A stretch of DNA of 63,419 nt, filler included, from Pirum gemmata (taxonomy: Eukaryota): NCBI GenBank assembly GCA_002812295.1. It is 14 parts of 14 records of this genome, joined end to end, with 100 filler letters (N's around TTAATTAATTAA, not from the genome) between each part and the next. Parts side by side here need not be neighbours in the genome. Positions count along the whole stretch, not along the records: positions 13,104 to 17,361 come from PDIN01001345.1; positions 17,462 to 21,682 come from PDIN01001346.1; positions 21,783 to 26,039 come from PDIN01001347.1; 11 more parts are not named here. One strand, written 5' to 3'. Shown in pieces: positions 13,150-25,296 of the stretch. Below the pieces are notes generated by a model, which saw only the letters and a list, made by a program, of their open reading frames with translations, was not told the origin of the DNA and ran no database searches. Both the position numbers and the translations under genes were made by a program. Within the stretch, counting starts at the first letter, position 1. Each line of letters begins with the position of its first letter.

Positions 13150-13482
13150 TAATAATTATATCGTAATATTATTTATATATGAAAAAAAAAACACATTTCC
13201 AGAAAATTTTAAAATAACAGTAGACCGGGGGGTCTAATGACGATAAAAGACAGTAATAGTAATAAACGATTAATAATAATGATAACAATACTAATAATAA
13301 TAATATAATAATAATAATAATAATAATAATATATATTTTTAATAATAATGATAACGATAATGATAATGATAATGATAATGTTATGAATCATCTTTGTCTT
13401 TTTGTTGCTCAACTTCGATTTCTTCAAAAAGTTCTTTGTCTTCTTCCTCTTATTACATATAATTGTACATACTGAAATTTAG

Positions 13483-13641
13483 GTTGTAACTGATTGCAAA
13501 GCTCATTCTTCGTTTTGGGTTAACGCTGATACTGAAGACACCTCTGCTGTAGATCCTCTTTACCAATGTCCCGGGGAGAAGCCACTTTGTCGTGGTTACA
13601 ACTTTAAAGAAAATAAACTTGGAAAATGTTCTACAGAATAA
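13483..13641 (+). CDS. Orphan terminal exon encoding a small Cys-rich module (VVTDCKAHSSFWVNADTEDTSAVDPLYQCPGEKPLCRGYNFKENKLGKCSTE*)
   Basis: Branch-like ACTGAA and TTTAG acceptor at 13478-13482, then 52 open codons of coding-like composition with 4 Cys, ending in TAA. Too short for the ORF track. Confidence 0.55.
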   Translation, partial: VVTDCKAHSSFWVNADTEDTSAVDPLYQCPGEKPLCRGYNFKENKLGKCSTE

Positions 13642-13723
13642 AATAATAATATTAATAATAGGAACTCTCCAATACGACTCTGAAATTTTCATTTTCTGCT
13701 GCGACTACGACTTACTATTTATA

Positions 13724-13775
<52 letters not shown>

Positions 13776-13799
13776 ATAAACATAATAATAATAATAATA

Positions 13800-13832
<33 letters not shown>

Positions 13833-14044
13833 GATAATGATAATTATTATTATCATGATCATTGTAAAAAATAAACTATTTAAAGTAACTTTAGTTGCTA
13901 TACTAAGACTGTTATAAAAAAAGAAAATTATTTACTATTTATTTTTTACAATTTACTTAATTGGGAAGCCGTAAATGGCTGCGAGTGCTAATTGAAGGGG
14001 TCATTTACTTATAGGACTCTTGCACTAGGACTCTTATCATACAT

Positions 14045-14228
14045 GTTATAGTACTTTTCAGTTGTTTTGTCATCATAAAGTATACAATAAATAGTACCAA
14101 ATTAATAAAATATAAACCCATTTAATATAATTTGGTATATTTTATTATCTATGTATCGATTTAAAAATGACAATTTAAAGATTATAACCCTCCAAATAAA
14201 TATTCAGAGTGACAATATAAATGAAATA
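14045..14228 (+). repeat. Dispersed ~190-bp repeat family D (other copies ~52032-52205 +, ~20250-20420 -)
   Basis: Shared sequence GTTATAGT(A/G)CTTTTCAGTTGTTTTGTCATCATA...TATAACCCTCCAAATAAATATTCA(G/A)AGTGACAA.ATAAATGAAA at three loci. Confidence 0.75.
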
Positions 14229-15069
14229 AATAATTCAATAAAATTTTGCTGCTATTGTTGTTAGGTATTAGAGTTGATTTTTGGTAGTACTATCATTCTG
14301 TCATAGTGTTGAGTATTGCTATGTTTATGCTGTTGCTGTTGCTGCTACTCTGGTTGTTGTTATTGTTGCTGCCATTCTTATATCTGTTGATATTGCCTGT
14401 GTTGTTGCTTTTACAGTTTAACATTGGGGCTATTGCTATCATTGTCAAAAAATCTTACTTTAGTAATTTAGACAAAGGTAATACTTGTTTATCATCTAGT
14501 AATTCTTTAGCTTTAATTGAAATAATTTTTTCAGTAACAGTTTCATGTAACCAATCCTGTAACTCTGATGTTATTTGTTGGTAGGTATAAATTCGCTCTT
14601 TACACATTGTATATATATTTTCTCTTGTCAATATCTTATCAATTTGTTTCCTAATAAACTTATATTGTTTAAAAGTAGGCTAAATCATTTTTTTTATGTA
14701 TATATTATTTTATTTTATCTATATTATTATTATTATTATATAGGCAAAAAAATGAAAATAAATCATCTATTAAAGCTTTTGCTTTATTATTATTTATTAA
14801 TCAAGACAATTATTATAAGATTCAAAAGAAAGCAATCTATCCGGGCCGATTAAAGGCCTTTGTAGCTGTGAATTGCAAAAGGTAATCGACCTTGACCTGC
14901 GAGGCTTACTTTTAACCATCGCTATGGGACTTAGTCCAACACTTTTACCACCTACCTCCCCAATACAATTGAGGTTAGGATGATTGATTTGTTTTTCATC
15001 TTTATTATTTTGCGAACCATTTTTATTTTCACTGTTATTGTTGTTATTCCCATCACTACTATTGTGATT

Positions 15070-15102
<33 letters not shown>

Positions 15103-15133
15103 GTGATGAATATGATGATTATGATTATTATTA

Positions 15134-15175
<42 letters not shown>

Positions 15176-15222
15176 CATTGAATTATTATTACTAGTGTTT
15201 ACTTTTTTATTCTTTTATATTG

Positions 15223-16160
15223 TTTCAACTTAATAATAAAGATGAGGCTGTGAAATTTGAAAATATAATTTGTAGTTTAAAAGAAAGCAAAACACTTACA
15301 AATATACATCTGACGGCTAATCAAATTGGTATCGAAAGGGTAGATAATTAGCAACCGCTTTTAAAAATGAAACACTTCCAAATTTATACTTGGGGTCTAA
15401 TCAAAGTGGTGATGAAGGGGTTGATAAATTAGCTAAAGCTTTAAAAGAAGGCAAAACACTTGCTAATTTAGTTCTGGATGAAAGTGAAATTGGCGAGTAA
15501 GGGGTTGATGAATTAGCTAACGCTTTAAAGGAAAACAAAACACTTACAAATTTAAATCTGCGGTCTAATCAAATTGGTGACGAAGGGGTTGATAAATTAG
15601 CTAACGCTTCAAACGAAAGCAAAACACTTACATATTTAAATCTGGGAGATTAATAAAATTGGTGGTGAAGAGGCTGATAAATTAGCTAATGCTTTAAAAG
15701 AAAATGAAAAACTTACAAATTTAGATCTGGTGGGTAATCAAATTGGTACCGAAGTGGCTGTTGAATTAAAAGAAAACAAAACACTTACAAAATCAAATGC
15801 AATAAAATCAAATTTGTGACGAAGGGGCTGGTAAATTAAGCTAACACTTACAAGTATAGTGACAAAGGGGCTGATAAATTAGTAAACACTTTGAAGGAAA
15901 ACAAAACACTTACAAGTTTATTATCTGATGACTAATCAAATTGGTAATGAAGGAGCTGATAAATTAGCTAATGCTTTAAAAGTAAACAAAACGCTTACAA
16001 TTTTAAATCTGGCTGATAATGGCATTGGTGACGAAGGGGTTGATAAATTAGGAAAACAAAACACTTATAAGTATATATGAGCAAAATGAAATTACTATTT
16101 ACAAAGAAGTTGATAAAGTAAAAAATGCTGTGAAAGACAACATTCAAATTATATTGCCAA
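15223..16160 (+). pseudogene. Ribonuclease-inhibitor/NLRC3-type 28-aa LRR repeat pseudogene
   Basis: About 10 tandem 84-bp units translating to LKENKTLTNLNLRSNQIGDEGVDKLANA. In-frame TAA at 15498-15500 and several frameshifts, which is why the ORF track misses it. Confidence 0.85.
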
Positions 16161-19100
16161 TCCTATTTTTCTTTAAAAGACTTAATTTATTTTACAGTAA
16201 TGTGTTTTGTATTGTTTATTTAAACACTGCAATGAAAGCAATGATGTTATAAGAATGTGTTTGCAAAGATTGATCAAAGAGGGTAAAAAATGCTGATAAA
16301 CTTAATTAATATTGACCAAATTACCAAGTACAAGTAAGTAATTGTAATTCTACATTTTACCATTTTACCATTTTACCATTTAATATTATTGCAATTTACA
16401 TTACTTTATCTGATTTTGTCTTTGTATATGCTCGTGACTGGTGAAACTTTGGAATTGAGGAGTGTTGCTATAGAAAAATAAAAAATTAGAATGAAGCGTA
16501 CCACCTTTAGGTGGCGGTGAAGGATGAGCGTGAATAATAAGTTTTTTTTCATTATTAATTAATATGACAATTTTGATAATATCTTTATTATTATTATTAT
16601 TATTTGCTTTTTTTTTTTGCTTTTTTATGTATATGGGTTATTATTAAAGTCAAGGTTAATAAGGTTAGGGTTAAGGCGTTGAGGTAAAGGCGAATGCCAG
16701 GGCATATATATCATACTGGTACACATATATATTATTATATCATATTACGTATACTATATGTGTATGTAGGTTAGGGCCAGGGTTAGGCGTTGAGGGTAAA
16801 GGTAAAGGTAATGGCTAGCTGGGGTTCGGGGTTAGGAGTAGTAGGTTCATCCTACATTATAGTAAAATAACAATACAACTTTAGGGGGGTTTAATAATTT
16901 GGCCGTTTATATTACCAGTTGTAATATATTATCATCTATTCCATTACAAATCTTCAATTTGGTATGATACGGTTTAAAAGTTCATAATTGAACTTGTTTA
17001 TAAAATACAACATTAATTAAGTATAAAATACCAAATTAATTAAAACATGTCTGATAGTTTAATCATAATAAAAATTTGGTACATTTATTTCAGTTTTTAA
17101 ACTGGACAACACTATTGAAAAACACGATATCATAAATTTGTATTAGTACTGTTATTTAGCTATTAAATTTTTTTTTTAATTTTTTCTTTTTTTTGCTATT
17201 TAGGAGTTTAAGCAATAACAACTACGCTCTTTAATGCTCTTTACCTTAAAATCAAATTTCAAATTATTGAAATTTTGGGGGAGTGTTGTAAAAGGAGCTT
17301 GTTGTTATAATCCATATGTTACCCCAACATATGATATAATATTATTTTGTAATAATAATAANNNNNNNNNNNNNNNNNNNNNNNNNNNNNNNNNNNNNNN
17401 NNNNNTTAATTAATTAANNNNNNNNNNNNNNNNNNNNNNNNNNNNNNNNNNNNNNNNNNNNGTTGTTGTTGTTGTTGTTGTTGTTGTTGATAATGATAAT
17501 GATAATGATAATGATAATGATATTGATGACCAACCATAACCATGACCATGACCATGACCATGACCATGACCATAATAATAACCATACCAATATTAACAAC
17601 AATAACAATAACAATAACCATCTCGGTAACAATAACAATAAAATTAACTATGCAATGAAAATGAAATAAATATAATAAGTAAGATAATGATAATAATGAT
17701 AGTGATAATGATAGTGATAATGATAATAGTGATAGTGATAATGATAAATATAATAATACTGCAAAAGATAATATATAGTAATTTTGATGTTTCTAATTAA
17801 TATAAAAGGTAACGCTACATTTCTTTCCCAAGCCGGTAGGTAACCATAATATTTGAAGAGACCATGCCAACAGCAAACGCATTTTCAAATTCCTTATTAT
17901 ATGCAAGGGTTTATGTGTTGTTGTTTATTTCTTTCGATTTTTAAATTTTGTTGTTCTTGCTTTCCTTTGTTGTTCTTGTTCTTGTTCTTATTCTTATTCT
18001 TATTCTTGTTCTTGTTCTTGTTCTTGTTCTTGTTCTTGTTCTTGTTCTTGTTCTTGTTCTTGTTCTAATGATAAAGATAATGATGATGATAAAAACAAAA
18101 ATAAAAAAATGATAACTGATGAAAATGACTTTTTTTCTTATTTTATATGTATAATAATATGTATATTACCCCGTCACGTCAAGGGGTAGGTAAGTAGGTG
18201 ATATTTGACCGGAAATTAACGTCGAGGGGTAGGTAGTTAGGGGCGTTTGAAGCTGTATTTGACCGGAAATTGGCGTTACGTAGTATTTGAACGTAAATAA
18301 TATACACTTTTGGCGAATTGCCAAAAAAAAATGGGTAATGTAATCTTTTTTGGAACCATGCCTTTTTCCTTGCCTTTACTTTACTTTCTCGTTCGAATAA
18401 AATATTTTTATTACATAAAATATAAATAATAATATAAAGCGTTCGAATCGAATCATTTTGAATTTTTTTTTAAAATGTTTCGGGCACAATGACCTTAAGG
18501 CAAGCCAAGATCCATCTACAATCTTCGAAGGCTAGCCGAGAGGGCCCGGAGTGGTTTGTTCACAAAAATGAAATTTTATTGGACGTTTATTATCTCTTAA
18601 GAATGATGACCAAAAAACTTACTCCCTTCATATATAAATAATAGGAAAAAAAGCAATTGAGAAGGACAATTACGTCATAGATTTTTTTTAATTATGGCAT
18701 ACTACTTTCCTTTTTTTTAATGCACCAAAAAAGGTAAAAATTCTTTATAAAAATCTGAGAAAAAAAATAACGTAAAAAATGACTAATCATAGTAAGAAAT
18801 GATTAAAAAAAACCTGAATATAGGGTAAAAAAAATATGTGGCTTTGTTTGTTTGTTGTTTGTTGCTTGTTGTTTGTTGTTTGTTGTTTGTTGTTTGTTGT
18901 TTGTTGTTTGTTGTGTTTTTGTTTGTTTGTTGTTTGTTGTTTGTGTGTTTGTTTGTTTGTTTGTTGTTTGTTTGTTTGTTTGTTTGTTTGTTTGTTTGTT
19001 TGTTTGTTGTTTGTTGTTTGTGTGTTTGTTTGTTTGTTTGTTGTTTGTTTGTTTGTTTGTTTGTTTGTTTGTTTGTTTGTTTGTTGTTTGTTGTTTGTTG

Positions 19101-19593
19101 TTTGTTGTTTGTTGATTGATAAGGTTTCAAGGAAAAGTATAATGCATAATGCATAATGCTGTAAGTTATTGTTTATTGTGTATTTTTGTATTTTTGTATT
19201 TTAAAATTATTGCGTAGGTGTTGTGTATTACTTGTATGGTTATATATGGTTATGGGTATGGCTATGGTAACATTAATCTTCCTTTTTGAGTAAGAAAGGC
19301 TTCGCTAGGGTTCCCTTTAAAATTGCTCAAAAATGGAATAACGTAGAAAGTGAATTGGGTTTACGTTTTTGACAAAATTTAATAAAGAAAATTTAATGAA
19401 AAGCTGTAAATTTGTCATTAATTAAAGATATATTATATTCTGGTATTTTAAAATATTTTTAAAAAACACCCAAATCATTGTTAATAGATACATTATAATT
19501 ATTTTGGTATGTTTAATGTATTAAATTTTGTTATTATTTTTTAAAATATGTTTTTAAGATCTTTTAATTAATTAATATTCATGATCATGATCA

Positions 19594-19679
19594 ATTCAAA
19601 ATGTACGAAATAAATATTTGAATTCAAAATGTACGAAATAAATATTTGAAATTCAAAATGTACGAAATAAATATTTGAA
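19594..19679 (+). repeat. Three tandem ~28-bp units ATTCAAAATGTACGAAATAAATATTTGA(A)
   Basis: Direct reading; units are adjacent with no spacers. Confidence 0.9.
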
Positions 19680-19732
19680 GACTATGCATATTATATGGGT
19701 CTGCCGGTAGTTCTAGATTGATATATATAGTT

Positions 19733-19938
19733 ATCGTGTTTTTCAATAGTGTTGTCCAGTAACTGTTCAAAAACTGAAATAAACATATACCAAATTGTTA
19801 TTATGGCTAAACTATCAGACATGTTTTAATTAATTTGGTATTTTATACATAATATTTTATTTTATAAACAAGTTCAATTATACACTTAAACAGTAGCAAA
19901 TTAAAGAGAAAGGGAACAACTGTAATGAAATAGACGAT
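19733..19938 (+). mobile_element. ~205-bp short-TIR non-autonomous element, family A (copies also at ~238-430 -, 16931-17128 -, 21064-21241 +, 33175-33318 + partial, 36244-36402 +, 38573-38780 +)
   Basis: Shared core AAACTATCAGACATGTTTTAATTAATTTGGTA...ACTTAAACAGTACCAAATTAAAGATTGAGAGGGCAACTGTAATG. Termini are ATCGTGT...AGACGAT. This copy is flanked by a direct AGTT. Confidence 0.8.
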
Positions 19939-19977
19939 AGTTATAGTTGTAATTTATTAATTGATTTGTTTCATTAG

Positions 19978-20141
19978 ACCCCTTAGATTGTTTAGCAAGA
20001 GGAACGAGTTTTGCTAATACAATAATCACGGATCCTAATTATAATCGAGGAACTGGTGTTCAATGCCCGCCAATAGATCCTTTAGACTGTCGGTTAATGG
20101 GAACTTCCTTTGCTAATAAAAATATCAAAGATCCTTATTAT
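19978..20141 (+). pseudogene. Coding exon fragment with two 33-aa Cys-containing repeats (DPLDCLARGTSFANTIITDPNY / DPLDCRLMGTSFANKNIKDPYY)
   Basis: TTCATTAG acceptor at 19970-19977 and a 99-nt repeat that is conserved at the protein level with synonymous changes. It runs into AT-rich sequence with no clear donor. Confidence 0.55.
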
Positions 20142-21851
20142 ATATTATTATTATATAAGTTAATAATTTGCTTGTCGTTCGGTTTAAATTTTTAACTTGT
20201 TGTACTTTTCATATAATATTAATATAATAGTAATATCATAATAATTGTGCTTTTCATTTATTTTGTCACTCTGAGTATTTATTTGGTTGGTTATAATATT
20301 TACGTTGGCATTTTTTAATTGAATAAATAGATAATATTATATACCAAATAAAATGAAATGGATTTATATAGTATTAATTTGCAATTGGTACTCTTTATTT
20401 TATATTATTTTATGATAAAGCATGATATAATTAATACTCTATAACTCTCTCTCTCTCTATATAATTATGATTAGTAATATTATAATTGTATTGTTCTTTT
20501 GTTGTAGAAATATTGGCTATTAAAACTTTTGTTCCTATAGCTAATATTATATTAATATATATATATAGCTTTGTGGTCGTTGTTAGTTGTTGTCTGTATT
20601 TACTTGTGTACATAATATTATTAATAACAATAGATGAGTAAAGACTTGAAATTTCCCCGTGAAAGATATCGATGCTATAATACTGGTATAATAAAAAACT
20701 CACACAGATCCTAAAATCCTAACTGAAAAATATATCGTTTTATATAATAATGTTATTGACCAAATACGATTTTTAATTTTTTCAAATAATATCGAATTCT
20801 AATTAGTAAAATAAGAGTAAATAGAGAGAAAACTTTTCTTTTTGATTTTTAAATCAAGGACTTCAAAAAGTTTAAATTTATTTGGAGAAATCATTTTGCT
20901 AAATGAAAAAATTATGAAAATGATGATGGTAGTTTTTGTTCTTAGTTTTTAAGACTGCTATATGATAGAAGGTGCATCATATGTGATTTACATAATTTTA
21001 TGCATGTAGAAACTGCTTGGTTGATATTCTATCATACTATAGTTACCATGGTATAATATTAATATCGTGTTTTTCAAACTGAAATAAATTTACCCAATTA
21101 TTATATTATGGTTAAACTATCAGACATGTTTTAATTAATTTGGTTTATAATTAATTTTGTATTTTATAAAAAAGTTCAATTGTATACTTAAACAGTACCA
21201 AAGTAAAGATTGAAAGGGCAACTGTAATGAATAAAGACGATAGGTTTGTGTTATATATTGAAATATATTGAATCAATACTTCGCTGTACTAAAGTTTGTA
21301 CTAAGCCTAGGCCTGTAGGATGTTTGCAATTTTTTTGGAATATTTCGGAAGAGTTTTCTTTTGATACCAAAATGACGTGATAGGGCACTCTCCAGAAAAA
21401 ACATGGATTTTGAACTCATTATTTTTTCCTGGGGTCTTTGATTTTTTCCAAGGACTTCAAGTCTTCAAGATTCTTCAAGTCCTTGTTTTTTCAGCTGTTT
21501 TTTCTCATCATTTTTTTGCAGCCACCATTTTTTTGTTTTCAAAATTTTTATTATATCAAAGAAGTGTTCCAAAGACCACAGGAATAATCATCTACTCAGA
21601 ATAATAATAATAATAATTAATAATAATAATAATTTTATTCTATACTACAACATTAACAACAACAACAACAACAACAACAACANNNNNNNNNNNNNNNNNN
21701 NNNNNNNNNNNNNNNNNNNNNNNNNNTTAATTAATTAANNNNNNNNNNNNNNNNNNNNNNNNNNNNNNNNNNNNNNNNNNNNATTATTATTATTATTATT
21801 ATCATTATTATTATCATTTATTATTATTATTATTTATTATTGATATTATTA

Positions 21852-21885
<34 letters not shown>

Positions 21886-23102
21886 GTTGTTGTTGTTGAT
21901 TTTAATCCTTTGTTATAAACAGGATCTGTTTTAACAAACAAAACGCTGAGGATGTATAAAATCAAAGTCTAATAAAAACAAGAGAAAAGAGAAAAGAGAA
22001 AATAAATGAATGAATTAAGAAAAAGCTGTACATAAAGAAAAAGCTGGGCATATATTATTAATGAACGAACGAATGAACGAATGAATCAATGAATATATAT
22101 ACCAACTTCATGAGGAAAAGAGTAGGAAAAGGACTTATAACTGATACTGGAAATACGTTTTTTTTGCAGAAAAACCTCTTGAGGAAGTATCATAGAGGGT
22201 CTACCTATCTCTGATATTATTATGTATTAAAATCGGCCTTATCAACTAACTATTATTTTATTACAGAATTATTTATTCTAATTGTAACATTTTCAACCTT
22301 GTAACTTTTCACGGCCACCTAAATGACCGTGAACTTTTATCCGATATTTTGTATCATAGCTTATTGTAAACAGACTTACAGTATCATAAGTTGGTCAGTA
22401 AGTTGACAGTAACCCCTCCTTCGTTAGTTAGCCCTCTCCCGACTCCCGATTATATTAGAGGATCCCTAGCTAGCTACTAGCTAGCTAGCAGGTTTGTACC
22501 CCCTCCCAGTCTCCGAGTCTAGGATGAAAATGGCGACATTCGCTCAAAAAACCAAAAAATCTCAACATGATCTACCAAATTTTGAGAAATCCTTCAACTA
22601 AGAAAACTCTATTATGAACCAATGGCTAGTTTTTAAAAATAGTTTGGCTAGTTTTAGTTTAGAAAAGAAGTCCAAAAAACGCTATCATATCATCTTTATA
22701 ATATTATCATACAAGTCGAGAAGTCGAGGGTAATAGCGGCAACTATAAGTCTATAACGGTCCGGTCCGGCCCGTCTATGTATTTGAATATATTATGTTAT
22801 GATATGATATAAAAAAAAAATTAAATATCATATTTTTTTATTTTGGTTTTTTTGTTTTGCTTATCAGTATCGTATCTTACTTCCAATGGGGATAGGCAAA
22901 ACTGGGAAAAGTAATGGGTTTTTCAGGTAAAGGTAAAGGTGTCATATGAGACTACAAAATATCACGCTACTCGAAATATAAAACAAAAATGGAAAAATAT
23001 AGGATCACCACAAACTTTAGTTCAAAAAAATTTTGTTTATAATTTTGTATCTGATTTCAAATTTAATAAATATCAACGGAATACTATTTATGATAATTAT
23101 AA

Positions 23103-24100
23103 TCATTTTAAATTTTGTAGATTCCAACTATTTGGAGGTATTATTATTATTGGTTTGGATTTTGAGTATATTTCTATTAATGTTTTTGTTGTTTCTTTTT
23201 TGCATGTATTTTTATATAATATTAATTGTTGTTGTATTATTGGGTTAATTTTAATGAAGATATTTTGTTTTATATCGTAAAATTCGTAGTTAAACTTATT
23301 GTTGTTGTTATGTTGATGGTTGTATGCTAGTTTTAATAATCGTTCTGGGTTGTTTTCTATAGGTATCATGTTTTTTAGGGTTTCTATTGTGTGAATTATC
23401 CATGTTGGTAATAATTTATTGTTGTTTGTGTTGTTAATAATGTAACTATAATGTTGTACATGTGTATTGTGAGATTTTGATTGTACTTATGATGTGATTG
23501 GTTTGTGAGTAAGTTGTAGTTTCTGAGGAAGCAATGTAATCAGTAAGATTAGATGTGATTGTTATTTGTGTTGCATGTGAAGATGTGTTGAATTTTTTTA
23601 ATAAGGTTGGCGTTTCTCCTTGTTAATTAAGAGATTGATCATGTTGATGCCTCCTTTGTTTTTGGGTGTTTTGATATTGTCTTGTGCAAATTGGTTATTG
23701 GTAAAAAAGGGTTGTGATTTTTTGTTGTAAGGGTTGAAGTAACTTCTTATCTGGTATAACGGTATTGGCCATGGAATATTGAGATTTTTCTACTAGCATT
23801 AAGGTGTTGGCTAAATTCTTTTTAATAAGGGTAAAGCTTTCGATTTTTTGGTTGTTTCTATTGTATTAATCATTTTCTTTCTAGTTTGTTGTAGCTTTCT
23901 TTTTGACTTGTCGGGGAGTTTCCTATAAAAATTTAATACCCTCAAATACCCCTATATTTTCCATTGTTTTTATTTTATATATTTTTTGATTATTCTGTAG
24001 AATACCGTTTTCTTCTAATAATAAGGCTGACATTTTATGAAAGTACATTGCTTTTGTTTTAACTTTGTTTAATTTGTAGACACCAATATTTTCACAAAAG
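23103..24100 (-). mobile_element. Degenerate non-LTR retrotransposon (L1/Tx1-like ORF2) remnant
   Basis: The minus strand gives an RT domain 6-like DFCENIGVYKLNKVKTKAMYF (~24095-24035) and the post-RT motif AQDNIKTPKNKGGINMINL (~23690-23630). Many stops and frameshifts. Confidence 0.65.
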
Positions 24101-25242
24101 TCTGCAGCACTTCTGCAGTAGGTTAGAGGGTCTGCTAGTGGTAGTTTCTACTATTATTAATTAACTTATATGATACCAAAGTATTATGAAACAAATCAAC
24201 TACAACTTTATTAAATTTAACTGTAACCTACCAGTGTAACCTACTGCTCCTCCTTTTTTTACAATATATGGAAAACAGGAACTTTTTTTTTTTCATGCCG
24301 GCAAGGTCAAGCTGGATAAAACTTTAGAAATCATTTTTTTTCATTTTTTTTAGACTTCTTTTCCCAAATCCTTCGATCCTAACTAGCCAAATTATTTTTA
24401 AAAACTGGTCATTGGTTCATAATAGAGTTTTCTTAGTTAAACTATTTGTCAAAATTTGGTAGTACTTTCATAAAAAAAAAAAAAATTGATCATTTTGTGA
24501 TTTTTTGAATTTTTGAGCTCACATGGTACGAGTATGGTACGTCACCATTTTTATCTGGCTAGTTGAAAAACAAAAAACTATCGATAGCTACTAGCTAGCT
24601 AGCTACGTAGTAGTAGACCAGTCTATCTGTTCTATCTAGTCTGTAACTGTCTGTTCTATCTGTTATACTATGATATGATAGTCTATGATATGTAGCTAAT
24701 AAAAAGACCTCGCTAGAAAAAGACCCCGCATGACTTTTTCTTATGCAGTCAAGTTTCGACTCTAGAGCAAAAAACTCCACTATCATACTGGTATGATACG
24801 TATGTGAGGACGATTAAAACCTGAGGTTCTTGGATATATATATCATATATTATGATACCGGTATATACTATCATATATATATAATCGATATAATATAAAC
24901 TATATTATAAACCATAGTTTAAAATATCTACTCTAGACTTCCATATGGTATCGATAGTTTTTTTAAAATTTTGAAGGACTGAAGAAACCCAGGTTTCGAC
25001 TCTTCGACTCTTGCTCTCTTTCTCTAGCTAGCTAGCTAGTAGCTAGGCCCCCTTGAGTATCTGATAGACCCTCGTAGCTAGGCTAGCTAGATAGTCTAAT
25101 ATATAAAAATATAGACTTAAGAGGCAATTTGCAATCACACCTTTTTTTATCTTTCAATCAAGCAGCCTTGGAGTGTGGAAGCAGGCTCTGGGTGGGTCAA
25201 AAAGCAATCAATTTTTTTTTTCTTTTCTTTTTTTTTTTCTTT

Positions 25243-25296
<54 letters not shown>

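Noticed and set aside
14865..14940. Group I intron P/S-like words (AATTGC..., TAGTCCAAC)
   Set aside because: The segment is too short and no P7/R element is visible.
19594..19679. Three 28-bp direct repeats, CRISPR-like in length
   Set aside because: The repeats are adjacent with no spacers, there are no cas genes, and the context is eukaryotic.
22751..22762. CTATAACGGTCC, resembling the LSU rRNA / I-CeuI site
   Set aside because: Only 12 nt match and the flanks are not rRNA-like.
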